A DNA stretch of 64,000 nt, taken from assembly GCF_024223415.1 (NCBI RefSeq), contig NZ_CP100500.1. The stretch is one strand, 5' to 3'. Positions 45,819 through 57,343 of this stretch are shown here, in pieces. Position 1 is the first letter of the stretch. Each line of letters begins with the position of its first letter. The notes under the pieces are model-generated. The model was not told the DNA's origin. It did no database searches and was given only the letters and a program-made list of their open reading frames with translations. The position numbers and the translations under genes are program-made. The stretch comes from Escherichia coli. GTDB lineage: Bacteria; Pseudomonadota; Gammaproteobacteria; Enterobacterales; Enterobacteriaceae.

Positions 45819-46748
45819 TTAACAACTAAAATCGAACTTCATATTTTTAAAGTCCAGCCACGCATTGCCAGTACCAAAATTATACCCGCCGAAGTATTCT
45901 TCAAATTCAATATAAAAAGGTGACATTCCATCTGGTATAGATTGAAATGGAACCATTGAACCACCGAGATGATCGGGTTGATGTGCACTATGCCACTGGT
46001 GAGTTTCACATTTACTCTTTCCCTCTGCATCTTTAGAAAAATAACGAATGGACTGATATTCCGTATTATTTCTTTCTGTGGGGCTAATTCCCGCATTAGG
46101 ATCAAAAGCGCGCGGCTTACATGAAATCGCCAGATTGAAAGCCAGCGACTGCTCAGGAATGGTGCCCATTTTACGGTATACAAAATTGCTTTCAGGCGTA
46201 TCTTTTGGTCTGACGCTTGCCTGAAAATAACTAAACGCACTGCCGGTGGTCATCCATTCTGGTGTATCTTGCTGGTTGCGATAGTGATTAGGTATAAGTT
46301 CAGGCGGTTCACAAAATGGGCCGTTGAACTCTTGCTGGGTGAGTAAAATCACCGCATAAGAACAACCTAATATATCTTCCATCCGAAATAGCCGTGGATG
46401 TCGTTGCTTTTCTGCCAGCCAGAAAACATAAAGGTCTGGATCTTCGGGGGGGGTGCAGGACTCGAAACTCTCAAACACATCCAATATTTCTTCTGTACAT
46501 GGTGTTCTGCCATCGTTGTGCTCGGGCGCAACAGCAAAGAAAGATAACGCGACAATCTCTGGCCCATAAATCCGATAATCTTCTGGCAACAACAGGGTAA
46601 ATCCATGATTCAATGGGAAACCATTATTTGGATCCAGCGGCCACTGTTCGGGCGTTATGCCTGGCGGTAGGCCAAAGCACCAACCTTGTTGGCGCGGTAT
46701 ATTTTCGCGAATAGGATGGGGCAAGAGGGTAAGATCATAAGCATGCAT
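45819..46748 (-). CDS. hypothetical cytoplasmic protein (309 aa), family not recognised
   Basis: No signal peptide or TM segment; AT-rich coding sequence; His/Cys-containing motifs (CETHQWHSAHQPDHLGG, FYIEFEEYFGGYNFGTGNAWLDF). Confidence 0.5.
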   Translation of the reverse strand: MHAYDLTLLPHPIRENIPRQQGWCFGLPPGITPEQWPLDPNNGFPLNHGFTLLLPEDYRIYGPEIVALSFFAVAPEHNDGRTPCTEEILDVFESFESCTPPEDPDLYVFWLAEKQRHPRLFRMEDILGCSYAVILLTQQEFNGPFCEPPELIPNHYRNQQDTPEWMTTGSAFSYFQASVRPKDTPESNFVYRKMGTIPEQSLAFNLAISCKPRAFDPNAGISPTERNNTEYQSIRYFSKDAEGKSKCETHQWHSAHQPDHLGGSMVPFQSIPDGMSPFYIEFEEYFGGYNFGTGNAWLDFKNMKFDFSC

Positions 46749-46951
46749 TGTGTGAGTCCTTTATAAAGCGAGGCCGTAATGGCCGTAGCACGATTCCTGT
46801 GAGCGATATTGTTATCCAAAAAATAGCCACGCATCCTGACTGTTCGTTTTTTTATTAATATTATTAATATGCTATTAAAAATATCCATTTCCGCTAATGA
46901 TGCTCACACGCTATAGTCTGCAAATCAGATAATTAGCTCGGAATAAATTAC

Positions 46952-47587
46952 GTGATTTCTTATTACTTTCAAGGTCTTGCACTTGGTGCTGCTATGATCC
47001 TACCGCTCGGTCCACAAAATGCTTTTGTGATGAATCAGGGCATTCGTCGTCAGTACCACATTATGATTGCCTTACTTTGCGCTATCAGCGATTTGGTCCT
47101 GATTTGCGCCGGGATTTTTGGTGGCAGCGCGTTATTGATGCAGTCGCCGTGGTTGCTGGCGCTGGTCACCTGGGGCGGCGTAGCCTTCTTGCTCTGGTAT
47201 GGTTTTGGCGCTTTTAAAACAGCGATGAGCAGTAATATTGAGTTAGCCAGTGCCGAAGTCCTGAAGCAAGGAAGATGGAAAATTATCGCCACCATGTTGG
47301 CAGTGACCTGGCTGAATCCGCATGTTTACCTGGATACTTTTGTTGTACTGGGCAGCCTTGGTGGGCAGCTTGACGTCGAACCAAAACGTTGGTTTGCGCT
47401 CGGGACAATTAGCGCCTCTTTCCTGTGGTTCTTTGGTCTGGCTATTCTCGCAGCCTGGCTGGCACCGCGCCTGCGCACGGCAAAATCACAGCGCATTATC
47501 AATCTGGTAGTGGGATGTGTCATGTGGTTTATAGCCTTGCAGCTGGCGAGAGACGGTATTGCTCATGCACAAGCCTTGTTCAGTTAG
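46952..47587 (+). CDS. argO: arginine exporter (LysE family), GTG start
   Basis: (M)[46 protein letters not shown]... Confidence 0.93.
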   Translation: MISYYFQGLALGAAMILPLGPQNAFVMNQGIRRQYHIMIALLCAISDLVLICAGIFGGSALLMQSPWLLALVTWGGVAFLLWYGFGAFKTAMSSNIELASAEVLKQGRWKIIATMLAVTWLNPHVYLDTFVVLGSLGGQLDVEPKRWFALGTISASFLWFFGLAILAAWLAPRLRTAKSQRIINLVVGCVMWFIALQLARDGIAHAQALFS

Positions 47588-47679
47588 GCGCTATCTGATG
47601 GAAAAATAAAACAGAGGCGCTAAGCTTGCCTCCAGAGGTCCTGAATTTTGGGCAAGTCAATTAACACGGAGAGACTAAC

Positions 47680-48420
47680 GTGAAGTTCAAAGTTATCGCC
47701 CTGGCGGCATTAATGGGTATTAGCGGGATGGCAGCGCAGGCTAACGAATTGCCGGATGGACCGCATATTGTCACCTCCGGTACGGCAAGCGTGGATGCGG
47801 TGCCAGACATTGCCACTCTTGCGATTGAAGTTAACGTGGCCGCGAAGGATGCCGCTACTGCCAAGAAACAGGCAGATGAGCGCGTCGCACAATACATTTC
47901 CTTCCTTGAACTCAATCAGATCGCGAAAAAAGATATCAGCTCAGCGAACTTACGCACCCAGCCAGATTATGATTATCAGGATGGTAAAAGTATCCTGAAA
48001 GGCTACCGCGCAGTGAGAACGGTGGAAGTCACGCTCCGTCAGTTAGACAAACTGAATTCCTTGCTGGACGGCGCGCTGAAGGCGGGTCTTAACGAAATTC
48101 GTTCTGTGTCGCTGGGCGTGGCGCAGCCGGATGCCTATAAAGACAAAGCGCGTAAGGCAGCGATTGATAACGCGATTCATCAGGCGCAGGAACTGGCGAA
48201 CGGCTTTCATCGTAAACTGGGGCCGGTATATAGCGTGCGCTACCATGTTTCCAACTATCAGCCCAGCCCAATGGTGCGGATGATGAAAGCCGATGCCGCG
48301 CCGGTCTCAGCCCAGGAAACTTACGAGCAGGCCGCTATTCAGTTTGATGATCAGGTCGATGTGGTCTTCCAGTTAGAACCTGTGGATCAACAACCCGCTA
48401 AAACACCTGCAGCACAATAA
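47680..48420 (+). CDS. yggE: SIMPL/DUF541 periplasmic protein YggE (GTG start)
   Basis: MKFKVIALAALMGISGMAAQANELPDGPHIVTSGTASVDAVPDIATLAIEVN... Confidence 0.9.
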   Translation: MKFKVIALAALMGISGMAAQANELPDGPHIVTSGTASVDAVPDIATLAIEVNVAAKDAATAKKQADERVAQYISFLELNQIAKKDISSANLRTQPDYDYQDGKSILKGYRAVRTVEVTLRQLDKLNSLLDGALKAGLNEIRSVSLGVAQPDAYKDKARKAAIDNAIHQAQELANGFHRKLGPVYSVRYHVSNYQPSPMVRMMKADAAPVSAQETYEQAAIQFDDQVDVVFQLEPVDQQPAKTPAAQ

Positions 48421-48587
48421 TACTTGTAGCCCGACGTATTCGTCGGGCTAATGCCTTTACCCGATATTGCCTCCTTTTTCTGTAATTTTCTGTAAAACCA
48501 TGACGTAATCACCTATCTTTGCTCGCGGTTTCATCAAGGATAGGCTGACTGAAACGGTTAAGCGGACAAGGATGCGGGGGAGGGGGG

Positions 48588-49484
48588 ATGGACATTTTTA
48601 TTTCGAAAAAGATGCGCAATTTCATTTTATTAGCGCAAACCAATAATATTGCCCGGGCGGCAGAAAAAATCCATATGACGGCTTCGCCATTTGGTAAAAG
48701 CATTGCCGCGCTGGAAGAACAAATTGGCTATACGCTATTTACCCGTAAAGATAATAATATCAGTCTCAATAAAGCCGGTCAGGAACTGTATCAAAAGCTG
48801 TTCCCGGTTTATCAACGGCTTTCTGCGATTGATAATGAAATCCATAACTCAGGACGTCGTTCACGAGAAATTGTGATAGGCATAGATAATACTTATCCGA
48901 CAATTATTTTTGATCAGTTGATTAGTCTCGGAGATAAGTATGAAGGCGTGACCGCCCAGCCAGTTGAGTTCAGCGAAAATGGCGTTATCGATAATCTTTT
49001 TGACCGCCAGTTAGATTTTATTATCTCCCCACAGCATGTATCTGCACGAGTTCAGGAACTGGAAAACCTGACTATCAGTGAACTACCACCGCTGCGATTA
49101 GGCTTTCTCGTTTCTCGCCGTTATGAAGAGCGTCAAGAGCAAGAGCTGCTTCAGGAGCTGCCCTGGCTACAAATGCGCTTTCAGAACCGGGCCAACTTCG
49201 AAGCAATGATTGATGCGAATATGCGACCTTGTGGGATCAATCCAACCATTATTTATCGTCCCTACAGTTTTATGGCCAAAATCAGCGCCGTGGAGCGCGG
49301 ACATTTTCTGACGGTGATCCCGCATTTTGCCTGGCGACTGGTGAATCCGGCAACGCTGAAATATTTTGATGCACCGCACAGGCCGATGTATATGCAGGAA
49401 TATCTTTATTCAATCAGAAATCATCGTTATACCGCCACGATGCTTCAGCATATTGCTGAAGATCGTGACGGGACGAGTCATTAA
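48588..49484 (+). CDS. ygfI: LysR-family transcriptional regulator YgfI
   Basis: 298-aa ORF MDIFISKKMRNFILLAQTNNIARAAEKIHMTASPFGKSIAALEEQIGYTLFTRK... Confidence 0.85.
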   Translation: MDIFISKKMRNFILLAQTNNIARAAEKIHMTASPFGKSIAALEEQIGYTLFTRKDNNISLNKAGQELYQKLFPVYQRLSAIDNEIHNSGRRSREIVIGIDNTYPTIIFDQLISLGDKYEGVTAQPVEFSENGVIDNLFDRQLDFIISPQHVSARVQELENLTISELPPLRLGFLVSRRYEERQEQELLQELPWLQMRFQNRANFEAMIDANMRPCGINPTIIYRPYSFMAKISAVERGHFLTVIPHFAWRLVNPATLKYFDAPHRPMYMQEYLYSIRNHRYTATMLQHIAEDRDGTSH

Positions 49485-50959
49485 CCCAGCATCGAGCCGG
49501 TTGCAATTAAATTACGGTGTAAGTCGAAGACGTGGCTAAGATCGTGGTGAATATGTCCGCCAGGCGCATTTTCCAGATAGCGATGCAGATAATCCCGATA
49601 CATAGGATGTGCACAATTATCAATGATCGTGCGGGCGCGTTGAAGCGGGGAAAGACCGCGCAGATCGGCGATCCCTTGTTCGGTGATGATCACTTTGACG
49701 CTGTGTTCGCTGTGATCAACATGGCTGCACATTGGCACGACGGTTGAGATCTTGCCTTCTTTAGCAATCGACGGGGCCATAAAGATCGACAGATACGCGT
49801 TGCGTTCAAAATCACCGCTGCCGCCGATGCCGTTCATCAGATCGACCCCGGCTACGTGCGTTGAGTTGGCATGCCCGTAAATATCAAACTCCAGGCCGAC
49901 GTTCAGAGCGATGACGCCCAGACGACGGATGATTTCCGGGTTATTGGAAATCTCCTGCGGACGCAACACAATGCGGCTGGCAAAGTAATCCATATTGTCG
50001 TAAATCTTGCGCAGGGAATCGGCCGAGATTGTCAGGCTGGAGGCGCTGGCCCCGCTGATTTTGCCGGTTTCCAGTAAATGCACCACCGATTCCTGTAGCA
50101 CTTCCGAATACATCATAAACGGAGGAATTTCCGGGTTTTCCCCCAGACGCGCCATTACCGCATTATTGATATTGCCCACGCCACTTTGCAGCGGCAGAAA
50201 TTCCGGCGGAATACGCCCATGCGCCATTTCCTGCAATAAGAACGTGACCACGTTATCGGCAATCTGCTGGCACATGGGATTTTGCTTATCCAGCATATTA
50301 CCGGCGTCAGGCAAGTTGGTTTCCACGACGGCGACAATCTTTTTCGGATCGATTTGCACATAGCGGGTACCGACGCGATCCATTGCATGGAAGATCGACA
50401 CGCTATTACGCCGCGGTGGCGCGCCAGGAATCACAATATCTGCCAGTTCTGCAACGCGCGGATCGTGATAGTGATTAAGTTCAATGATCACTTTCTTCGC
50501 CCGCAGCAGCCATGTCGGCGCATTACCGATCCCGCTGGTTAACCAGACTCGACCATCCGGTGCCAGTGCCGATGCTTCGATGACGGCAACATCAATGTCG
50601 CCGAAGAAACCGTAATTGACCATTTGCGCCACTTCGCTCAAATGCAGGTCAACGAAACTCACCGCGCCCTGATTGATCTTTTTACGTAAACCGGACGATG
50701 TTTGATATGGCGCACGCCAGGAAACAGCATCGGCGTCAGAAAGTACATCGTCAGCGGCGGCGCTGATTGACGCCCCCGTCAGCAGGCGAATTTGATACGG
50801 CTTTTTGGCCTCATGCTGTTCGTTAGCTCTGCGGGCAATCGCGGTGGGTAGGGCTTTCGGCGAACCCGCTGGGGTAAAGCCGCTAAATGCCACCATGTCG
50901 TTATGCTGGATAATTTCTGCCGCTTCATCGGCGGTCATCCTTGTCCACTGAGTTTCCAT
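49481..50959 (-). CDS. scpC: propionyl-CoA:succinate CoA transferase
   Basis: 492-aa ORF METQWTRMTADEAAEIIQHNDMVAFSGFTPAGSPKALPTAIARRANEQ... Confidence 0.93.
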   Translation of the reverse strand: METQWTRMTADEAAEIIQHNDMVAFSGFTPAGSPKALPTAIARRANEQHEAKKPYQIRLLTGASISAAADDVLSDADAVSWRAPYQTSSGLRKKINQGAVSFVDLHLSEVAQMVNYGFFGDIDVAVIEASALAPDGRVWLTSGIGNAPTWLLRAKKVIIELNHYHDPRVAELADIVIPGAPPRRNSVSIFHAMDRVGTRYVQIDPKKIVAVVETNLPDAGNMLDKQNPMCQQIADNVVTFLLQEMAHGRIPPEFLPLQSGVGNINNAVMARLGENPEIPPFMMYSEVLQESVVHLLETGKISGASASSLTISADSLRKIYDNMDYFASRIVLRPQEISNNPEIIRRLGVIALNVGLEFDIYGHANSTHVAGVDLMNGIGGSGDFERNAYLSIFMAPSIAKEGKISTVVPMCSHVDHSEHSVKVIITEQGIADLRGLSPLQRARTIIDNCAHPMYRDYLHRYLENAPGGHIHHDLSHVFDLHRNLIATGSMLG

Positions 50960-50982
50960 TTTTACTCCTTCGTTCGCAGGGA

Positions 50983-51768
50983 TTAATGACCAACGAAATT
51001 AGGTTTACGTTTTTCGAGGAAAGCGCTCATCCCTTCCTGGTAATCTTCGCTGTCATAAACCGCGCGGCGCATCCCCTGAATACGTTCAAATTCATCGGAG
51101 TTCATGGTGTGCGCTTCGCCCAGTACACGCAGCTCTTCTTTGATAACGGCAATGGCTAACGGCGCTTTCTCAGAGATGTGGTGCGCCATTTGTAAGGTGA
51201 AATCTTCCAGTTCTTCCACTTCCACAACATGGTTGAGGATGCCGACAGCCAGCGCGCGTTGGGCGGTGATTGGCGAAGCGGTAAAAATCAGCTCTTTGAC
51301 AATGTGGAAGCCCGCGTCGCGGGTCAGGTTGTGAATGCCGACCAGGTTATACGGGACGCCGAGGTTTACAGGCGTCATTGAGAAGGTTGAGGTACTGGCG
51401 GCGATGATCAGATCGGAACTCATGATCATTTCAAATGCTCCACCCCAAACACTACCTTCCACCATCGAAATGATCGGTTTCGGGAATTTTTGGATCATGC
51501 GGGTGATTTGACGCAATGGATCATCATAGGAGAGCGGATCGCGACCGCCAGACGGCAGTTCGTGAATATCGTGACCTGCGGAGAAGACTTTGGATCCACT
51601 CGGCGCGCGCAAAATGATACAGCGAATTTCCGGCCGGTTGAGATCGCTTAACGCCTGCATAAGATCATCAATAAAGACTTTACTTAAGGCATTAAGTTTT
51701 CGGCCATAGTTAAACTCAATGACCGCCACTTTGTTGATAGTGGCAACGTTCACATACTGATAAGACAT
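50983..51768 (-). CDS. scpB: methylmalonyl-CoA decarboxylase (crotonase fold)
   Basis: MSYQYVNVATINKVAVIEFNYGRKLNALSKVFIDDLMQAL...; internal Met chosen. Confidence 0.93.
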   Translation of the reverse strand: MSYQYVNVATINKVAVIEFNYGRKLNALSKVFIDDLMQALSDLNRPEIRCIILRAPSGSKVFSAGHDIHELPSGGRDPLSYDDPLRQITRMIQKFPKPIISMVEGSVWGGAFEMIMSSDLIIAASTSTFSMTPVNLGVPYNLVGIHNLTRDAGFHIVKELIFTASPITAQRALAVGILNHVVEVEELEDFTLQMAHHISEKAPLAIAVIKEELRVLGEAHTMNSDEFERIQGMRRAVYDSEDYQEGMSAFLEKRKPNFVGH

Positions 51769-51778
51769 AAAAATTCCT

Positions 51779-52774
51779 TTAATCAAAATATTGCGTCTGG
51801 ATAAATTCACTGAGCTGCCGCAGGCCGGTGCGCGGTGAGAGCGTATTGTTTTTGACCGCTAAAAGCGTCTGGCGGTAATAGCGATCGAAATCTTCATTCG
51901 CGAACAGGTGATTCAGTACTTCTTCTTCGGTCTGCTTACGCAGCCATTCCACCGATTGTTGTTGCCGCACTTGTTGTAAACGACCACTGGCAGTTAGCGC
52001 GGTTTTGAAGTCGATGATGGCGTGCCAGATCTCATCGATTCCACGTTTTTCCAGTGCGCTACAAGTCAGAACCCGTGGCTGCCATTCGTCGTATTTACGT
52101 CGCAGAATATGCAGGGCACTCTCGTACATATGCCGGGCAATGGCGACATTGGTATGGTTATCGCCATCGTCTTTGTTGATAACGATCAGATCAGCCACTT
52201 CCATCAGCCCTTTTTTAATGCCCTGCAGATCATCGCCGCCACCGGCAATTTGCAACGAGATAAAACAGTCCACCATGCGGGCGACTTCCGTTTCCGACTG
52301 CCCGACGCCAACCGTTTCGACAATCACTACGTCATAACCCGCCGCTTCGCATAACAGCATTAATTCCCGCGCTCGCTGACTGGCACCGCCCAGATGACCG
52401 GAGGATGGTACCGGGCGAATAAACGCCGTCTCGGCACGCGCCAGGTCATTCATGCGGGTTTTATCCCCGAGAATGCTACCGCCAGTGACCGGACTGCTGG
52501 GATCGACCGCAATAACCGCAACCTTTAATCCATCACGAATCAACAACATGCCAAAGGCTTCAAGAAAGGTACTTTTCCCCGCGCCGGGTGTGCCGGTAAC
52601 GCCCAGTCGCAGGGCGTTACCGCAGTACGGCATAATGGCATCAAGCAGTTGCGTACTTAGCGCCTGATGACGCGGGTGACGGCTTTCCACCAGCGTCATG
52701 GCTTGGGCGAGTGTGGCACGCTCACCCTGACGTAAGCGGCGAATACTTTCTGCCAGCGTGGCTTCATTAATCAT
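51779..52774 (-). CDS. argK: methylmalonyl-CoA mutase-associated GTPase (MeaB/ArgK)
   Basis: 331-aa [49 protein letters not shown]... with P-loop GTPGAGKST. Confidence 0.93.
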   Translation of the reverse strand: MINEATLAESIRRLRQGERATLAQAMTLVESRHPRHQALSTQLLDAIMPYCGNALRLGVTGTPGAGKSTFLEAFGMLLIRDGLKVAVIAVDPSSPVTGGSILGDKTRMNDLARAETAFIRPVPSSGHLGGASQRARELMLLCEAAGYDVVIVETVGVGQSETEVARMVDCFISLQIAGGGDDLQGIKKGLMEVADLIVINKDDGDNHTNVAIARHMYESALHILRRKYDEWQPRVLTCSALEKRGIDEIWHAIIDFKTALTASGRLQQVRQQQSVEWLRKQTEEEVLNHLFANEDFDRYYRQTLLAVKNNTLSPRTGLRQLSEFIQTQYFD

Positions 52775-54911
52775 GATGCTGGCTTATCAGATTCAGTACG
52801 TCGCGCACACTGTCGAGCATAGGTGTACCTGGACCATAAATCGCCGCCACGCCGCGCTCTTGCAGGAAGGCGTAATCCTGCGGTGGAATGACGCCACCGG
52901 CGACTACGCAGATATCTTCGCGTCCCCATTTTTTCAGCGCTTCGACCAGTTCCGGGATCAGCGTTTTATGACCGGCAGCCAGTGAGGATGCGCCCACTAC
53001 GTGAACGTCATTTTCTACTGCCAGGCGGGCGATCTCTTCAGGTGTAGAGAACATCGGGCTTAAATCTACGTCGAAACCGAGATCGGAATAGGCGCTGGCG
53101 ATCACTTTCGCGCCGCGATCGTGCCCATCCTGGCCCATTTTGGCGATCAGAATGCGCGGGCGACGACCATTGTCGGCAAGGAACTGCTCCGTTTGCGCAA
53201 CAATGGCATCGAACTCGGAGGCCGATTTCTCAGATTGATGATAGCTTTGCGCAATCACGCCGGTAACACACTGGCTTGGCACCAGATAACGGTCGAAAGC
53301 GGCTTCCAGCGCATCGGAAATTTCACCCAGGGTGGCGCGAACGCGAGCGGCATTAACAGCGGCAGCCAGCAGGTTTTCGTTATGCTGTGCGGCGTGAGTC
53401 AGGGCGTTCAACGCGGCGGTTACGGCGGCATTATCACGGGTGGCGCGAATGCGTTCCAGCGAAGCAATTTGCTCGTTACGCACCATCACGTTGTCGATCT
53501 CAAGTACATCGGTTTCGTCTTCGTGATCCAGTTTGTACTTGTTGACACCAACGATGACACGTTTGCCCTGGTCGATAAGCGACTGTTCGCGCGCTGAGGC
53601 CTCTTCGATCATTCGTTTTGGCAGACCTGCTTCGATCGCTTTCGCCATGCCACCGGCTTCGTCGATCTGTTGGATAATAGCTCTGGCTTGTTTGACGATT
53701 TGATCGGTCAGCGACTCAATGTAATAGGATCCGGCCAGTGGATCGACGGTGCGGCAGAGTTCTGATTCTTCCTGGATGATGATCTGGGTGTTGCGGGCAA
53801 TGCGTGCTGAGAAATCGGTAGGCAAACCAAGCGCTTCGTCAAAGGCGTTGGTATGCAGTGACTGAGTACCGCCCAGCGTCGCAGCCAGTGCTTCAATGGT
53901 GGTGCGGATAACGTTGTTATACGGATCCTGTTCAGTCAGGCTCCAGCCTGAGGTCTGGCAGTGGGTACGCAGCGCCAGTGATTTCGGGTCCTGTGCGCCA
54001 AATCCACTGACCGCTTCGCTCCATAAATAACGTGCCGCACGCAACATGGCGACGTTCATAAACAGATCCATGCCGATGCCGAAGAAGAACGACAGGCGAG
54101 GAGCGAAGTCATCAATTTTCAGTCCGGCAGAGATTGCTGCTTTGATGTACTCAATCCCATCAGCGAGCGTAAATGCTACCTGCTGCACGCAGTTGGCACC
54201 CGCTTCACCCATGTGGTAACCGCTGATACTGATGGTATTAAATCGCGGCATGTTGCCGGAACACCAGGCGATGATGTCGGCGATAATGCGCATTGACGGT
54301 TTTGGCGGGTAAATATAGGTGTTGCGGCAGAGGTACTCTTTGAGGATATCGTTCTGAATGGTGCCGGTCAGTTTATCAGGTGTAACACCTTGCTCTTCCG
54401 CGGCGACGATATAAAACGCCAGTACTGGTAGCACTGCGCCATTCATGGTCATCGAAACCGACATTTTATCCAGCGGGATCTGGTCGAACAGGACTTTCAT
54501 ATCTTCCACGGTGTCGATAGCGACGCCCGCTTTGCCGACGTCGCCCGCCACGAGCGGGTTATCGGAGTCGTAGCCTCGGTGGGTGGCAAGGTCAAACGCA
54601 ACGGAAAGACCTTTTTGCCCGGCGGCCAGGTTACGGCGATAAAAAGCGTTGGACTCTTTTGCTGTTGAAAAACCAGCATACTGACGGATGGTCCACGGTT
54701 GGGCGGTATACATAGTGGCACGCGGGCCACGAACGTAGGGCGGCAAACCTGGAAGGGTACCTGTCACCTCCAGATTATCGAGATCGGCTTCGGTATACAG
54801 CGGCTTGATGGCGATCCCTTCCGCGGTTTGCTGAACCAGCGAGTCGACAGTTTTCTCCCGACGGCTCAATTCCTTGTTGGCAAGCTGTTGCCACTCCTGC
54901 ACGTTAGACAT
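52767..54911 (-). CDS. scpA: methylmalonyl-CoA mutase (Sbm)
   Basis: [46 protein letters not shown]...; internal Met chosen. Confidence 0.93.
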   Translation of the reverse strand: MSNVQEWQQLANKELSRREKTVDSLVQQTAEGIAIKPLYTEADLDNLEVTGTLPGLPPYVRGPRATMYTAQPWTIRQYAGFSTAKESNAFYRRNLAAGQKGLSVAFDLATHRGYDSDNPLVAGDVGKAGVAIDTVEDMKVLFDQIPLDKMSVSMTMNGAVLPVLAFYIVAAEEQGVTPDKLTGTIQNDILKEYLCRNTYIYPPKPSMRIIADIIAWCSGNMPRFNTISISGYHMGEAGANCVQQVAFTLADGIEYIKAAISAGLKIDDFAPRLSFFFGIGMDLFMNVAMLRAARYLWSEAVSGFGAQDPKSLALRTHCQTSGWSLTEQDPYNNVIRTTIEALAATLGGTQSLHTNAFDEALGLPTDFSARIARNTQIIIQEESELCRTVDPLAGSYYIESLTDQIVKQARAIIQQIDEAGGMAKAIEAGLPKRMIEEASAREQSLIDQGKRVIVGVNKYKLDHEDETDVLEIDNVMVRNEQIASLERIRATRDNAAVTAALNALTHAAQHNENLLAAAVNAARVRATLGEISDALEAAFDRYLVPSQCVTGVIAQSYHQSEKSASEFDAIVAQTEQFLADNGRRPRILIAKMGQDGHDRGAKVIASAYSDLGFDVDLSPMFSTPEEIARLAVENDVHVVGASSLAAGHKTLIPELVEALKKWGREDICVVAGGVIPPQDYAFLQERGVAAIYGPGTPMLDSVRDVLNLISQHHD

Positions 54912-55114
54912 TATTTGCTCCGTAAAACGCAATCAAAATGAGGGTATTTGCGCCTACGGTGAGCTTTTTACGTGGGTTTGTCGCCAGCAAAAAAAATGCA
55001 TTCAGACGTCGTTTTTTGCCGCCTGAGATTTGTCTATTTTGTGATGTGATTCAAGGAATACAAAAAGAAGTGAGGGCAACGCCTGATATGTGCTATCAGG
55101 CATTATTTGGTGGA

Positions 55115-56008
55115 TTAATCCTGACGAAGGACTTTGTGACCATAATCGAGTAACGCATCAGTGACTTTACGCATCATGCGGCTTTCAGGAGCAAAGCGGT
55201 GCCAGTAGAGCATCCGTCGTTGAAATAGCCCAGGCGTTAAGTCAATCAGTTCACCGCAGGCCAGCTCTTTCTCGATTTGCAGGTGCGGGATCATACAGCA
55301 GGTGGTGCCCTGGCGAGCAAGTTGTACGAACGCTTCTGAAGAATTAACGATATGGCAGGGCACGCTGCCTGGAGGCAGATCGAAGTTTTGCTGCAAAAAG
55401 GCCTGGTGCATATCGTCAAGATGGTCAAACGCGACCACTGGCGCTTTCAGTAATGCCGAACGCGTTACGCCGTTAGGGAAATATTTTTCGGCAAAGGGTT
55501 TTGAGCTGACGAACAGATAGTCGAGCGCACCAAGTTTATCGACAAGACAACTCGGCAGCGCCTGATGTTGAATACTCACCGCGCCGACCACTTCGCCGCG
55601 ACGCAGACGTTCCTGAGTGCGGGTTTCATCTTCTACCTGCAAGTTGAGGCGGATAGGCGAATCAGCCAACACAGGAGCCAGTGCCGGAAGCAACCACGTC
55701 GCCAGACTGTCGGCATTGACCGCCAGTGAAAGCAGCAGCGGAGTCGAACCGGTTTGTTCATCGCCCAGCCACTCTTCTTCCAGCAACTCCACCTGGCGCA
55801 GCAGTGCCAGCAGTTTTTGACCTTGTTCCGTTGGGCGCGGCGGTACGGTACGCACCAACAGCGGCTGCCCGAACATATTTTCCAGTTGCTTAATGCGCTG
55901 TGAGACGGCTGATTGTGTAATGCACAGCTTTTGTGCCGCGCGCTCAAATCCTCGTTCACGTATCACCGCATCCAGTGCCTGTAATGTTCTGTAGTCCGGG
56001 CGTTTCAT
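55115..56008 (-). CDS. argP: LysR-family regulator ArgP (IciA)
   Basis: [51 protein letters not shown]...; internal Met chosen. Confidence 0.93.
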   Translation of the reverse strand: MKRPDYRTLQALDAVIRERGFERAAQKLCITQSAVSQRIKQLENMFGQPLLVRTVPPRPTEQGQKLLALLRQVELLEEEWLGDEQTGSTPLLLSLAVNADSLATWLLPALAPVLADSPIRLNLQVEDETRTQERLRRGEVVGAVSIQHQALPSCLVDKLGALDYLFVSSKPFAEKYFPNGVTRSALLKAPVVAFDHLDDMHQAFLQQNFDLPPGSVPCHIVNSSEAFVQLARQGTTCCMIPHLQIEKELACGELIDLTPGLFQRRMLYWHRFAPESRMMRKVTDALLDYGHKVLRQD

Positions 56009-56428
56009 TGCTGTTGTCTGCTCCTGGTAAATGCTTTTTCCTGCACTATGACACAATTTTGTGTCAGGTTGCATATACCGAAGCCGTCGGCGGGTAACAT
56101 TTGTATTCGTGGTTAAACGCGCAGCTTAAAAGATCAGGGATTTGCGCTAATGCATTTCGCTCAGCGAGTTCGCGCCCTGGTTGTGTTGAATGGCGTGGCG
56201 TTATTGCCTCAATTTGCCTGTAAACAGGGGCTTGCGAACGGTGAACTGGTGCGCCTGTTTGCACCGTGGAGCGGCATACCCAGATTGTTGCATGCCTTAT
56301 TTGCGGGGCGAAAGGGGATGCCTGGCGATATTTTATGGATGAGTTAACCACGCGGCTTGCCAACGGGGTCTGAATCTCTTTTTTTGTATATAATGCGTGT
56401 GAAATTTCATACCACAGGCGAAACGATC

Positions 56429-57088
56429 ATGACGCAGGATGAATTGAAAAAAGCAGTAGGATGGGCGGCACTTCAGTATGTTCAGCCCGGCACCATTGTT
56501 GGTGTAGGTACAGGTTCCACCGCCGCACACTTTATTGACGCGCTCGGTACAATGAAAGGCCAGATTGAAGGGGCCGTTTCCAGTTCAGATGCTTCCACTG
56601 AAAAACTGAAAAGCCTCGGCATTCACGTTTTTGATCTCAACGAAGTCGACAGCCTTGGCATCTACGTTGATGGCGCAGATGAAATCAACGGCCACATGCA
56701 AATGATCAAAGGCGGCGGCGCGGCGCTGACCCGTGAAAAAATCATTGCTTCGGTTGCAGAAAAATTTATCTGTATTGCAGACGCTTCCAAGCAGGTTGAT
56801 ATTCTGGGTAAATTCCCGCTGCCAGTAGAAGTTATCCCGATGGCACGTAGTGCAGTGGCGCGCCAGCTGGTGAAACTGGGCGGTCGTCCGGAATACCGTC
56901 AGGGCGTGGTGACCGATAATGGCAACGTGATCCTCGACGTCCACGGCATGGAAATCCTTGACCCGATAGCGATGGAAAACGCCATAAATGCGATTCCTGG
57001 CGTGGTGACTGTTGGCTTGTTTGCTAACCGTGGCGCGGACGTTGCGCTGATTGGCACACCTGACGGTGTCAAAACCATTGTGAAATGA
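56429..57088 (+). CDS. rpiA: ribose-5-phosphate isomerase A
   Basis: [48 protein letters not shown]...; internal Met chosen. Confidence 0.95.
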
Positions 57089-57343
57089 TCTGACGGGGGA
57101 ACCTCCCCCGTTAAAAAAATTCTCTTCATTAAATTTGGTGACATGTGTCACGTTTTTACCTGGCTATTGTCGATTGCTCTAAATAAATCCTCTAAACCAG
57201 CATATTCATCCAAGAATTACCTTTGCGTGATATTTCCTCAACATCGCGACGCAAACGTTCATATTGCCGCAATATTATTTTTTGATATGTTGAAAGGCGG
57301 ACGCAAATCCGCACACAACATTTCAAAAGACAGGATTGGGTAA

